Shown: piece by piece, positions 16,912-26,603 of the stretch | How the letters are laid out: every line of letters starts with the position of its first letter | Position numbering within the stretch: position 1 is the first letter of the stretch | Source: an uncultured Gammaproteobacteria bacterium | Lineage (GTDB): Bacteria; Patescibacteriota; Patescibacteriia; Patescibacteriales; UBA12465 | Length of the DNA stretch: 64,000 nt | Reading direction: 5' to 3' | Assembly (NCBI GenBank): GCA_964473565.1 | Contig: CAYYPI010000001.1 | Location: forward strand, 124,935-188,934 | The notes under the pieces: model-generated | The model's input: only the letters and a program-made list of their open reading frames with translations | The model's database searches: none | What the model was told of the DNA's origin: nothing | Translations under genes and position numbers: made by a program

Positions 16912-18072
16912 ATGAAATGGATTAATTTTATACACTTATATCAACCAGCTAACACCAATGATTACTATGTTAAAGAAGCTATAGAGCATAGTTATATTAG
17001 AATTTTAAAAGCATTACAAGAAAATCCTGATATCAAGTTTACTATTAATATTAATGCTTGTTTGCTTTATCAAATGGATCATTTAGGTTATCAATGGTTA
17101 ATTGATGGCTTTAAAGAATTGTATGAAAAAAAACAAATAGAGTTAGTTTCTACCGCCTCATATCATCCAGTAATTCCTTTGTTACCTGAACATGAAATAA
17201 GAAAGCAGGTTTTAGAGCAAGAAGCTGCTTTAAAGAAGTATTTAAATATAGAGAAAAAACCTAAAGGATTTTTCTTTCCAGAAATGGCTTATAGTCCACA
17301 GTCAGCCAAGATTATTAAAGACTTAGGTTATGAGTGGATAATATTGGATGAGATTGCCTATCAAGGAGAATTAGATAAAGTTGATTTTGAAAAAGTTTAT
17401 TTAGATAAAGAAAGTAAGCTTAAAATTATTTTTAGGTCTCGCAGACAATCTAATACTTATGTTCCAGATTTAATCCTTAGTTTAAAAGAGAAGAAAGATG
17501 AAGCTCTAATTATTACAGCTACCGATGGCGAACTATATGGGCTCAGACATCAAGATCCAAGTGCAGAGTTGGAAAAATGTTTAAAAATACCTGAGCTTGA
17601 AACTAAGACTATTAGTGAATATATTAAAGATAAAGAGGTTTTAGAAATAAAGCCATTAGCTTGTAGCTGGGAGTCTATGCCCAAAGAACTGCAAGCAAAT
17701 CAGCCTTATATACTTTGGAATGGTAGAAATAATGTTATTCATAAAGAATTATGGAAACTAGCAAACTTGGCACTAGTAAGCTTGAAGGAGAACAAGCAGG
17801 ATAAAAATTATAAGTGGGCACGCTGGCACCTTGAAAGAGGTTTAGCTAGTTGTACTTTTTGGTGGGCCTCAGCTAAGGATTTTAAACATAATTTTGGACC
17901 TTACGCCTGGAACCCCGATGAAATTGAGAGAGGTTTAGAAGAGCTGATTAAATCTATCAGGTCTTTGGAGGATGAAAAATTAAGAGGACTTAAATTAAAA
18001 GCAGAAAAAATATATTTAAAAATTAAGGCCATGGTTTGGAAAAGACATTGGCAATATTATTGGAAAAAGTAA
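16912..18072 (+). CDS. Glycoside hydrolase family 57-like protein (short form)
   Basis: GH57-like regions are IHLYQP (compare HQP), QIELVSTASYHPVIPLL, FFFPEMAYS (putative nucleophile Glu) and ITATDGELYG (putative acid/base Asp). At 386 aa it is shorter than GH57 branching enzymes. Confidence 0.6.
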   Translation: MKWINFIHLYQPANTNDYYVKEAIEHSYIRILKALQENPDIKFTININACLLYQMDHLGYQWLIDGFKELYEKKQIELVSTASYHPVIPLLPEHEIRKQVLEQEAALKKYLNIEKKPKGFFFPEMAYSPQSAKIIKDLGYEWIILDEIAYQGELDKVDFEKVYLDKESKLKIIFRSRRQSNTYVPDLILSLKEKKDEALIITATDGELYGLRHQDPSAELEKCLKIPELETKTISEYIKDKEVLEIKPLACSWESMPKELQANQPYILWNGRNNVIHKELWKLANLALVSLKENKQDKNYKWARWHLERGLASCTFWWASAKDFKHNFGPYAWNPDEIERGLEELIKSIRSLEDEKLRGLKLKAEKIYLKIKAMVWKRHWQYYWKK

Positions 18073-18074
18073 AT

Positions 18075-19124
18075 ATGAATAAAGCTAAAAAACTATTTGA
18101 TTCTGATTATATTAGAAATTATTTTATAGAAAACATATTACCACTATATCCACAGTTTTCTGATATAAAAAAGGTAAAAATAATACCTCATAAAAAAATG
18201 ATTTGGGAGGAGTTAGCCTATCATGTTGTCTGTGAATATGAAGTTAGCTTTGTGGAAATAATTGATGATATTAAAAAAATAAAGAAACTACCTATTTTTT
18301 GTTCAGCTCACTCTCATGAAAAAAGATATAATGTTTATGAAGCCCTACACTATTTATGGGAGAAAGGCTTTGGGCAAGGTTATAGAACTATTCCTAGGCC
18401 TATGTATTTTAGTCAAAACTTTAATGCTGTTTTTTATCGCGGCGTAAAGGGTAATAATCTCTATCATTATATTAAAGAGCATGATTTTAAGGCCATAGAA
18501 GAGGTGGCTGCTAAAACTGCTAAATGGTTTGTTAAATTACACAGTTTAGATACTAGTGATGCTAAGAATTTCAATCCTGAAAATAGTCGCATCTTAAGTA
18601 TTCTACCTGGAAAAAAACATGTCTTAGAAGCAATCAAAAATGAAGAGCCTCATTATTTAGATTTATATGAAAAAGCCTATGATTATTTTATTAAATATGA
18701 AGACGAGTTTTTGCAAAATACTGATAAGTTGTTTTTAGTACATGGAGATGCTCATCCTGAAAATATTATTAAAATGGGAGCCAAGAAGATTGCTGTTATT
18801 GATTTTACAGATTTATGCTTAGGAGACTTTGCTAGAGATATAGGTACTTTTTTGCAACAAATATCTTATATGGTGGGCAGAAAGATTAGTGATAGTGATT
18901 ATGCCTTAAAGCTGCAACATATATTTTTGGATAATTACTTTGATAATGCTAAAATAAAGCTAGATGAGAATTTAAAAAAGCGTATTTCCAATTATTATCA
19001 CTTCACAGCCTTACGTACAGCCACCTTTTTATTAATGGGCACTCATTACCATCCTGATAGGGCTAAGAATTTATTGGAAGAATTAAATTCATCTTATTTT
19101 GATTTAATAAAGGTGTTTAAATAA
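18075..19124 (+). CDS. APH/choline-kinase-fold phosphotransferase (possible sugar/glucan kinase)
   Basis: LVHGDAHPENII (Brenner motif HGDxxxxN) and VIDFTDL (the Mg-binding D). I chose the ATG at 18075, 2 nt after the GH57 stop, over the overlapping track start at 18036. Confidence 0.6.
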   Translation: MNKAKKLFDSDYIRNYFIENILPLYPQFSDIKKVKIIPHKKMIWEELAYHVVCEYEVSFVEIIDDIKKIKKLPIFCSAHSHEKRYNVYEALHYLWEKGFGQGYRTIPRPMYFSQNFNAVFYRGVKGNNLYHYIKEHDFKAIEEVAAKTAKWFVKLHSLDTSDAKNFNPENSRILSILPGKKHVLEAIKNEEPHYLDLYEKAYDYFIKYEDEFLQNTDKLFLVHGDAHPENIIKMGAKKIAVIDFTDLCLGDFARDIGTFLQQISYMVGRKISDSDYALKLQHIFLDNYFDNAKIKLDENLKKRISNYYHFTALRTATFLLMGTHYHPDRAKNLLEELNSSYFDLIKVFK

Positions 19125-19128
19125 TTTT

Positions 19129-19986
19129 ATGAAAATTGACTTACAGGTTCATTCTACTTATTCAGATGGTTTCTTTAGCCCAGAAAAATTGGTTAGTTTT
19201 TTAGCTAAAAATAATATTAAATTAGCTGCTTTAACTGACCACAACACTGTTAGGGGTCAAGATGAGTTCAAAAGATACGCAAAAAAAGCTAATATCAAAG
19301 TTATTACAGGAATTGAGTTGTATGTTTATTTAGAACACAGGCACTTTAACATTCTTTGGTATAATTTTGATGATAAAGATCCAGAGCTTCATAATTTACT
19401 CAGAGAAACTCAAATTAGAAGAAAAGGGATTGTAAGAAAATCTTTAAATAAATTAAAAGAGCAAGGTTATAAAGTAAACACTGAAAAAATATTAGATAAG
19501 TTTACTCACTATATTGCAGTTAATAAGGTAGCTAATGAATTTTACTTTCAAAATAAAACTAGAGTACATAAAGAATTAGAAAATACTAATCCTTTAGAAG
19601 ATGATATTTTAAAAGAATATTTCTATAATTCAGAACATGCTCGTTTAAGAGAGGCCTATATTAATATTGAAAGAGTTTTTAAATTAAGAGAAAAAATAGG
19701 AGGACAGATTATTTTTTGTCATCCAGGTAAGTATAATAAATATAGAGGAAACTTACCTGAAAAGTTACATAAATTAGGAATTGATGGCATTGAAGTTTTA
19801 TCCCCTCATCATACTATTGGCTCTATAGTCTATTGTCAGTATTTAGCACAAAAATATGATTGGATTGAAACAGGAGGTTCTGATTTCCATTTACCAACAG
19901 GTCAACACTTTACCTTACAGCATGCTTGGCAATGGTTTAATATTGAATCAGATTATTTAAGAAAAATATATAAGATTATTAAATAA
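19129..19986 (+). CDS. PHP-domain metal-dependent phosphoesterase
   Basis: MKIDLQVHSTYSDG...LTDHNTV...CHPG...GGSDFH are the typical PHP His/Asp motifs. Confidence 0.75.
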   Translation: MKIDLQVHSTYSDGFFSPEKLVSFLAKNNIKLAALTDHNTVRGQDEFKRYAKKANIKVITGIELYVYLEHRHFNILWYNFDDKDPELHNLLRETQIRRKGIVRKSLNKLKEQGYKVNTEKILDKFTHYIAVNKVANEFYFQNKTRVHKELENTNPLEDDILKEYFYNSEHARLREAYINIERVFKLREKIGGQIIFCHPGKYNKYRGNLPEKLHKLGIDGIEVLSPHHTIGSIVYCQYLAQKYDWIETGGSDFHLPTGQHFTLQHAWQWFNIESDYLRKIYKIIK

Positions 19987-19988
19987 AC

Positions 19989-21008
19989 ATGAAAATAGCT
20001 ATAATTTCTAAATTATGGGAGCCCACATCAGCGCAGTCAACAGGCGGTACTGGTGCAGCTATTGGTAATTTAGTTAATGGATTAAGTGATAAAGGTCATG
20101 AGGTTAGCTTATTTGCAACTGGTGATTCTAAAACTAAAGCAAAAGAATTAGTAGCTGTAAGAGAATCTCCCTTTGCAAATGATTATAGTGAAATACAAGA
20201 ATTTGATAATATTGCCGGCGCCTTTAAAAGACAAGAAGATTTTGATATTATACATTGTGCTGTAGAGCATAAAAGCCTTTTCTTTTCTGGTATTGGAAAA
20301 ACACCTGTTGTACATTCAATTAGATATGGAGAGTTCTTTGATCAAGAAATGGAGATTTTAAAAAAATATAGCCAGGAAAATTTTGTTGGTATTTCTAAAG
20401 CTATAGCTAGAAAATTTAATTTTCTCAATTTTCAAGGTATAATATATAATGGGCTTGATTTAGAAAGTTTTCCTTGGCAGGCAAAAAGTCAAGATTACTT
20501 AGTTTTCTTAGCTAGAGTTTCACCACAAAAAGGTCCACATTTAGCAATAAAGTTAGCAAAAGATTTAAATAAAAAGTTAATTATTGCTGGAAAGATTAAT
20601 GATAGTGATCAGGATTATTTAGATAAGTATTTTTGGCCATATATTGATAATGAACAGATTATATATAAAGGAGAACTTGGTTTTGCTGAAAAAATAGATT
20701 TACTTAGAAATGCTAAGTGCTTATTACACCCTATAGAGACCATGTTTGAAGCCTTTGGTATGAGTTTAATTGAAGCGCAGGCTCTGGGAACACCAGTAAT
20801 ATCATATGATAATGGTTCTCCACTTGAAGTTATTAGTCAGGGAAAAACAGGTTATGTGGTAAAAAACTATAATGAGATGCTTGAGGCGCTAAGAAGTATT
20901 GATAAAATAAAAAGGAAAGATTGTAGAGCCTGGGTAGAAGAGAACTTTTCTTTAGAGAAAATGGTTGTAGATTATGAGAATTTATATAAAAAAATCATAG
21001 ATAAATAA
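19989..21008 (+). CDS. GT4-family glycosyltransferase
   Basis: MKIAIIS...GGTGAAIGNLVNGLSDKGHEVSLFA N-terminus, and EAFGMSLIEAQALGTPVISYDNGSPLEVI (E-x7-E region of GT-B retaining transferases). Confidence 0.75.
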   Translation: MKIAIISKLWEPTSAQSTGGTGAAIGNLVNGLSDKGHEVSLFATGDSKTKAKELVAVRESPFANDYSEIQEFDNIAGAFKRQEDFDIIHCAVEHKSLFFSGIGKTPVVHSIRYGEFFDQEMEILKKYSQENFVGISKAIARKFNFLNFQGIIYNGLDLESFPWQAKSQDYLVFLARVSPQKGPHLAIKLAKDLNKKLIIAGKINDSDQDYLDKYFWPYIDNEQIIYKGELGFAEKIDLLRNAKCLLHPIETMFEAFGMSLIEAQALGTPVISYDNGSPLEVISQGKTGYVVKNYNEMLEALRSIDKIKRKDCRAWVEENFSLEKMVVDYENLYKKIIDK

Positions 21009-21012
21009 AATT

Positions 21013-22431
21013 ATGAAAAATAAAGAAATAAAAGTTTTAATGACTTCAGCCGAGATAAGCCCTTTTGCAAAGGTGGGAGGCTTATCTGATGTGGTAGGGT
21101 CTTTGCCTCCTGCAATGAAAAAATTAGGAGTGGATGTAAGACTTATGATGCCTAAATATGGAAGTATTGATGAAAAAAAATATAAACTAGAAAGAATTCA
21201 TAAAAATGTAAAAGTACCTTCAGCTACTACTATGGAAACAATTGATATTTATTTAGCTTATTTACCCGAAACTGAGATACCAGTTTATTTTATTGATAAT
21301 AAAAAGTATTTTTCTAAAAAAGAGGTCTATTGGGGAAATAATCCAGAAAGATTTTCCTTTTTTTGCTTGTCTGTAATATACGCATTATCAGAGTTAGAAT
21401 TTAAACCTGATGTTATCCATGCACATGATTTTCACACAGCCTTACTCACAAACTTAGTTAAAATCTCAGATTATATATATTCAAAAGATGCAAAAACTCT
21501 CTACACTATTCATAATCTAAATTATCAAGGAAAGGCTGACCCTAGAGTATTAAAAAATGCTAATTTAAGCACAGCCTCAATGGAGAGCTTGAGTAAAGAT
21601 GCTAGAGATGGAGATATTAATTTAATGGTTCAAGGAATATTTAATTGTGACCTCTTAAATACTGTTAGTCCTACTTATGCTAAGGAAATAAGCAAAAAAG
21701 AACAGGGTGGTGGATTACATAGGGTTATAAAAAAGAATCAAGATAAGTTAAGTGGAATTTTAAATGGATTAGATCTTGAAGCTTTTAATCCTGTTACTGA
21801 TACAAGTATTACAAAAAACTATAGTTTTTCCAGTCTTGAGAAAAAACTTGAAAATAAAAGCTCCTTGCAAAAGGAAATGAATTTAGAGGTAAATGAAAAT
21901 ATACCTCTTGTAGCCATGGTTTCTAGACTAGCCTGGCAAAAGGGCTTAGAGTTAATTGAAGATAAGTTAATTAATGATTTAAAAATGCAAGTAGTTGTTT
22001 TAGGCACTGGAGAAAAAAAGTATGAAGATTATTTACAAAAACTAGCTAAAAAGTATCCTAAGAAATTAGCAGTCAAGATAATGTTTAGTTCAGACATGGC
22101 TCAGAGGATATATGCAGGATCTGATTTCTTTTTAATGCCTTCTCGTTTTGAGCCTTGTGGTCTAGGACAAATGATTGCTATGCGCTATGGTTCTCTACCA
22201 ATAGTTCGTGCTACTGGAGGTTTGAAAGATACTGTTGATGAAAGTGTTGGTTTTATATTCACAAAGTTTTCAGCTAGAGCTTTTTATTTAGCTGTTAAAA
22301 GAGCTGTTGATGTTTATCATAAGGAGCCTAAGAAATTTAAAAAAATGCAAGTTAAGGCCATGAAAAAAGACTTTTCTTGGGATAGCTCTGCTAAAAAATA
22401 CTTGAAACTGTATAAAAATTTACTTAAATAA
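21013..22431 (+). CDS. glgA: Glycogen/starch synthase (GT5), copy 2
   Basis: KVLMTSAEISPFAKVGGLSDV and GSDFFLMPSRFEPCGLGQMIAMRYGSLPIVRATGGLKDTV. It is a clear paralogue of 15445..16899. Confidence 0.85.
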   Translation: MKNKEIKVLMTSAEISPFAKVGGLSDVVGSLPPAMKKLGVDVRLMMPKYGSIDEKKYKLERIHKNVKVPSATTMETIDIYLAYLPETEIPVYFIDNKKYFSKKEVYWGNNPERFSFFCLSVIYALSELEFKPDVIHAHDFHTALLTNLVKISDYIYSKDAKTLYTIHNLNYQGKADPRVLKNANLSTASMESLSKDARDGDINLMVQGIFNCDLLNTVSPTYAKEISKKEQGGGLHRVIKKNQDKLSGILNGLDLEAFNPVTDTSITKNYSFSSLEKKLENKSSLQKEMNLEVNENIPLVAMVSRLAWQKGLELIEDKLINDLKMQVVVLGTGEKKYEDYLQKLAKKYPKKLAVKIMFSSDMAQRIYAGSDFFLMPSRFEPCGLGQMIAMRYGSLPIVRATGGLKDTVDESVGFIFTKFSARAFYLAVKRAVDVYHKEPKKFKKMQVKAMKKDFSWDSSAKKYLKLYKNLLK

Positions 22432-22432
22432 T

Positions 22433-25126
22433 ATGGTTAGAAGAAGAAAGAAAAAGAAAAAGGAAGCATTAGAATATATTGCTATGCCTAAGTTAAATCT
22501 AGAAGCAAATGTTAAGCAAAGTATAATCTTAATTTTTATATTAGTGCTTGCTATTATCAGTGCTTTTGGACTTTTTGGTCAGGGTGGAAAAACAGGTACT
22601 TATATAGCTCAAGGACTAGGACTTGCTTTTGGTTGGGGTAAATGGTTGTTTCCTATTTTAATTGTTGTTTGGGCAAGTCTTTGGTATCAAAACAAGAAAA
22701 AGCAGATTAAAGCTGCTCACTATGTTGGTTTATTTTTTCTTTTCATTACTTACCAATCTCTTTTTACCTTTTTCTACGATAAAAAAGAATGGATAAATTT
22801 AGCTAATGCTAAAGAGGCAGGAGGATATTTAGGATTATACTTGTCAGTATTTTTTTCTAATTTATTTGGTTTTTGGGGAGGTTTAGCTGTGCTTATCGCT
22901 TTATTCTTAATTTCATGGATACTTATCTTTAATCGTCCTTTATCTCATATCTTGCCAAAAGGTACTTGGCTTTTAGCTCCAGTTAGATTAATAGCTTCTA
23001 TTTTTAAAAAGAGAGAGAAAGATTATAGTGAAGCAGAATTTGAAGAAGTAGAAGAGGAAAATGAGAATCTCTTTCTACCAGAAAATAAAGAAGAAGATGA
23101 TGAGGAGAGTGAAGCTGTGGTTTTTTCTCAAAAAGCTGTTTCAGCTAGTGCGGATATAGAACAAGCTGTTAAAAATACAAAAACTAAGAATTCAGTTAAT
23201 AAATGGAAGAGCAAAGGATTAAAAATTGATTTACCTTTAGATCTTTTAAAAGATAAAGAAGGAAAGGCAGCTGGGGGAAATATTGATGATAATAATAATA
23301 TTATTAAAAAGACATTAGCTAATTTTGGTATTAGTGTAGAAATGGGTAAAGCTAGTGTTGGGCCAACTGTAACTCAATATACCTTTAAACCAACAGAAGG
23401 TGTTAAGCTTTCTAAAGTTACAGCTTTAAGTAATGACCTCTCTTTATCTTTAGCAGCACATCCAATAAGAATAGAGGCTCCTATTCCTGGAAAATCTTTG
23501 GTAGGTATAGAAGTGCCTAATAAAACAAAAGCCATGGTTGGTTTAAAGGCAATGCTTAAAACAGAGGAATTTGCTAAGAGAAAAACTAATTTATTAATGG
23601 CCTTGGGTGAAGATGTTACTGGTGGTACTTGGTTTTATGATATTACTAAAATGCCTCACTTATTAGTAGCAGGTGCTACTAACTCAGGTAAATCAGTATG
23701 TTTAAATTCAATTATTATTAGCTTATTATACCAAAACAATCCTGATGACTTACGTTTTATCATGGTTGACCCTAAAAGAGTAGAGCTACCTATATATAAT
23801 GGTATCCCTCATTTACTCACACCAGTTATAACTGAAGTGCCTAAAACTATCAATGCTTTAAAATGGTGTTTAAATGAAATGGATAGACGTTTTGATACTT
23901 TACAACAACACAAGAAAAAAAATATTGCCTCATATAATGAATTAATGACAGCCAAAGGAAAAGACAAGATGCCATATATTATTTTCATAATTGATGAGTT
24001 AGCTGATTTAATGGTAGCAGCTAGTAAAGATATTGAAGGCAGTGTTATTCGTTTAGCACAAATGGCTAGAGCTGTTGGTATACATTTAATTTTAGCTACA
24101 CAAAGACCTAGTGTTGATGTTATCACCGGCCTTATCAAAGCTAATATTCCTGCTAGAATAGCTTTTTCTGTAACTTCAGCTATTGATTCTAAGACTATAT
24201 TAGATACAGCTGGAGCAGAAAAACTGTTAGGACAAGGAGACATGTTAATTAGTACCCCTGATACAAGTAGACCAAAGAGACTTCAAGGTGCTTATGTTAG
24301 TGATAAAGAAATTAAAGATATATGTGATTACATAAAAGAAAAGAGTGGTGAGGCAGATTATTTGGATGATGTTACTGAAAGACAACAAGTTAAAGGAATG
24401 GGAGGGGTTGGTCTAGATGGTACTAGTGGCGATGAAGATGAACTTTTAGAGGAAGCAAAAGAGATAGTAATTAACGCAAATAAAGCCTCTACTAGCATGC
24501 TGCAAAGAAGACTTAGAATTGGTTATGGCAGAGCAGCTAGTATTCTAGATAATCTAGAAGAGTCTGGAATTATTGGTCCTAGTAATGGTTCTAAGCCAAG
24601 AGAAGTTTTAGTTTCTAAAGAGCAATATGAAGCTTTACTTGATCAAGGTACAAGTGGTGTTAGCTTACACAACAAAGAGGAGTCAGAAGCTCCTGATAGC
24701 TATTTAGGCGGTGATGATGGCAGTGAATATAGTGAGAATGATGTTGATGATAATGAAGAAGAAGTAGTAGAAGATGATACTGAAGAAATACAAGAAGATA
24801 AAGAAGAGCCCGTAGAAACAGATGAAGCTTTCCCTGTTTCATCAGATAAAGATCTCAGTGATGAAGATATTGAGGATGATACTTATAATAATGAGGAAAA
24901 TAAAGAGGAAAAAAATAATAAAGAAGAAACTGAAGAAATTACAAAGGAAGAAGACTTAGAGGAGGAGGATGAAGGCGATAATATAGATGATGATGAGAGC
25001 GCCGATGAAGAAGGGGAAAAAGTTAAGGAAGATAAAAATAATGCAGATAAAAATAAAGATAATAAAAACAATAAAGAAGAGGAAAAAGATGATTGGTGGG
25101 ATGAAGGTATGTATTTTTCTAAATAA
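22433..25126 (+). CDS. ftsK: FtsK/SpoIIIE DNA translocase with a long acidic C-terminal tail
   Basis: N-terminal TM helices, Walker A VAGATNSGKSVCLN, Walker B FIIDELADL, and gamma-domain-like ASTSMLQRRLRIGYGRAASILDNLEESGIIG, followed by about 150 aa of D/E/K/N-rich sequence. Confidence 0.9.
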   Translation: MVRRRKKKKKEALEYIAMPKLNLEANVKQSIILIFILVLAIISAFGLFGQGGKTGTYIAQGLGLAFGWGKWLFPILIVVWASLWYQNKKKQIKAAHYVGLFFLFITYQSLFTFFYDKKEWINLANAKEAGGYLGLYLSVFFSNLFGFWGGLAVLIALFLISWILIFNRPLSHILPKGTWLLAPVRLIASIFKKREKDYSEAEFEEVEEENENLFLPENKEEDDEESEAVVFSQKAVSASADIEQAVKNTKTKNSVNKWKSKGLKIDLPLDLLKDKEGKAAGGNIDDNNNIIKKTLANFGISVEMGKASVGPTVTQYTFKPTEGVKLSKVTALSNDLSLSLAAHPIRIEAPIPGKSLVGIEVPNKTKAMVGLKAMLKTEEFAKRKTNLLMALGEDVTGGTWFYDITKMPHLLVAGATNSGKSVCLNSIIISLLYQNNPDDLRFIMVDPKRVELPIYNGIPHLLTPVITEVPKTINALKWCLNEMDRRFDTLQQHKKKNIASYNELMTAKGKDKMPYIIFIIDELADLMVAASKDIEGSVIRLAQMARAVGIHLILATQRPSVDVITGLIKANIPARIAFSVTSAIDSKTILDTAGAEKLLGQGDMLISTPDTSRPKRLQGAYVSDKEIKDICDYIKEKSGEADYLDDVTERQQVKGMGGVGLDGTSGDEDELLEEAKEIVINANKASTSMLQRRLRIGYGRAASILDNLEESGIIGPSNGSKPREVLVSKEQYEALLDQGTSGVSLHNKEESEAPDSYLGGDDGSEYSENDVDDNEEEVVEDDTEEIQEDKEEPVETDEAFPVSSDKDLSDEDIEDDTYNNEENKEEKNNKEETEEITKEEDLEEEDEGDNIDDDESADEEGEKVKEDKNNADKNKDNKNNKEEEKDDWWDEGMYFSK

Positions 25127-25131
25127 AATAT

Positions 25132-26574
25132 ATGAAATATTTATATAAAATAAAACAATTGTTAAAGAAAGTATTTAAGATTGTATTACCAACTTATCAT
25201 TATCTGTGGTCAATACTTTCTAGTTATTACTATAAACGACCTAGTGACAAGTTAATTGTTATTGGTGTTACTGGCACCACTGGCAAAACTAGTAGTGTTT
25301 ATTTAATAGCTAAAACACTAAGAGAATCAGGTTTTAAGGTTGGTTATAGTTCTACCGCTATGTTTTCAGACGGTAACGACGATTGGTTAAACACCAAGAA
25401 AATGACTATGCCAGGTAGAAGTTTTACTCAACATTTAATTAAGAAAATGTTAAAAAATAATTGCACGTATGCTGTTATTGAAACCACCTCAGAGGGGATT
25501 AGGCAGTTTAGGCATGTGGGCGTAAATTATGATTTACTTATTTTTACTGGTTTATTTCCTGAGCATATTGAGTCTCATGGTAGTTTTGAAAAATATAAGA
25601 AGGCAAAACAAAAATTATTTAAATATTTGAAATCTTGTAAAATAAAATACACTGATGATGAACATAGAGTTGTAGCTAAACCATCTAAGTTAAAAAGTTT
25701 AGAGCTTAATAAAGTGAAAAAAACAATTATAGCTAACGGTGATGATCAGCATGCACCTGATTTCTTAAAATTCTGGGCACAAGCAAAAATTGCTTATACT
25801 CACAAGAGTCAAGATGAGTACTTAGAAATTTTACAGGATGAAAACAAAGTTCTAGCTAAAGAATTAGAGATACTTTCATATAATAATATTTTAGTTAGCA
25901 ATAAAGGCACTAGTTTTAGGGTTAATAATAAAGAGATTAATCTACAGTTACTGGGAGAATTTAATGTTAGTAATGTTTTAAATGTAGTGGCTGTAGGGGA
26001 AGTAAGAAATATTAGTTTTGAGAAAATAAGAGCTAGTTTAGAGAGTATAAAAGGAATTCCCGGGAGATTAGAACAAATTAGAGAGGGACAAGACTTTTTA
26101 TGTATAGTTGATTATGCCTATGAACCCAGAGCTTTACAAAAACTATATGATACTGTTGAAGTTTTAAGGGATTATCCTAAGCTTGGCACTAATGGAAAAA
26201 TAATACATGTGCTTGGCTCTGCTGGTGGTGGCAGAGATAAAGATAGGCGACCAGAGCTTGGTAAGATTGCTGCACAAAATGCTGACTATGTGATTGTTAG
26301 TAATGAAGATCCTTATGATGAAGACCCTATGGAAATTATTAGACAAGTGGCTAAAGGTGCAGTTGATGCTGGTAAGAAACCAAAAGAAAACCTTTTTGAA
26401 ATCTTAGATAGAAGGGAAGCTATTAGAAAAGCAATTTCATTAGCACAAGCAAATGACATCGTTTTACTTACTGGTAAAGGATCGGAGCAGGCTATTTGTA
26501 TGGCTAATGGTAAAAAGTTTAAATGGGATGAAAGAGTTGTTGCTAGAGATGAAATTCTCTCTAAGTTAAAATAG
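25132..26574 (+). CDS. murE: Mur ligase, MurE-type (UDP-MurNAc-L-Ala-D-Glu:diamino acid ligase)
   Basis: IGVTGTTGKTSSVYL P-loop, IETTSEGIRQFR, FTGLFPEHIESHGSFEKYKKAKQKLF, DYAYEPRAL, GSAGGGRDKDRRPELG...SNEDPYDEDP. Confidence 0.75.
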   Translation: MKYLYKIKQLLKKVFKIVLPTYHYLWSILSSYYYKRPSDKLIVIGVTGTTGKTSSVYLIAKTLRESGFKVGYSSTAMFSDGNDDWLNTKKMTMPGRSFTQHLIKKMLKNNCTYAVIETTSEGIRQFRHVGVNYDLLIFTGLFPEHIESHGSFEKYKKAKQKLFKYLKSCKIKYTDDEHRVVAKPSKLKSLELNKVKKTIIANGDDQHAPDFLKFWAQAKIAYTHKSQDEYLEILQDENKVLAKELEILSYNNILVSNKGTSFRVNNKEINLQLLGEFNVSNVLNVVAVGEVRNISFEKIRASLESIKGIPGRLEQIREGQDFLCIVDYAYEPRALQKLYDTVEVLRDYPKLGTNGKIIHVLGSAGGGRDKDRRPELGKIAAQNADYVIVSNEDPYDEDPMEIIRQVAKGAVDAGKKPKENLFEILDRREAIRKAISLAQANDIVLLTGKGSEQAICMANGKKFKWDERVVARDEILSKLK

Positions 26575-26603
26575 TTGACAAATAAATTTTTATATAATAT
26601 TAT
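26575..26603 (+). promoter_or_regulatory. Near-consensus sigma70-type promoter immediately after the murE stop
   Basis: TTGACA (26575-26580), a 17-nt spacer, then TATTAT (26598-26603). It lies 293 nt upstream of the rpoB ATG. Confidence 0.45.

Noticed and set aside
18036-18074. Track start codons 18036 (kinase), 40943 (lepA) and 42889 (recJ)
   Set aside because: Each would overlap the upstream gene by 32-37 nt (for recJ, the micro-ORF by 11 nt) and add non-conserved residues. Downstream ATGs at 18075, 40982 and 42934 give canonical N-termini and the 1-7 nt spacing typical of this genome.
23809-25071. Track ORFs 23809..24243(-), 24660..24842(-) and 24883..25071(-)
   Set aside because: They are antisense to ftsK. 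The last two are low-complexity S/L/H-rich mirrors of the acidic tail.
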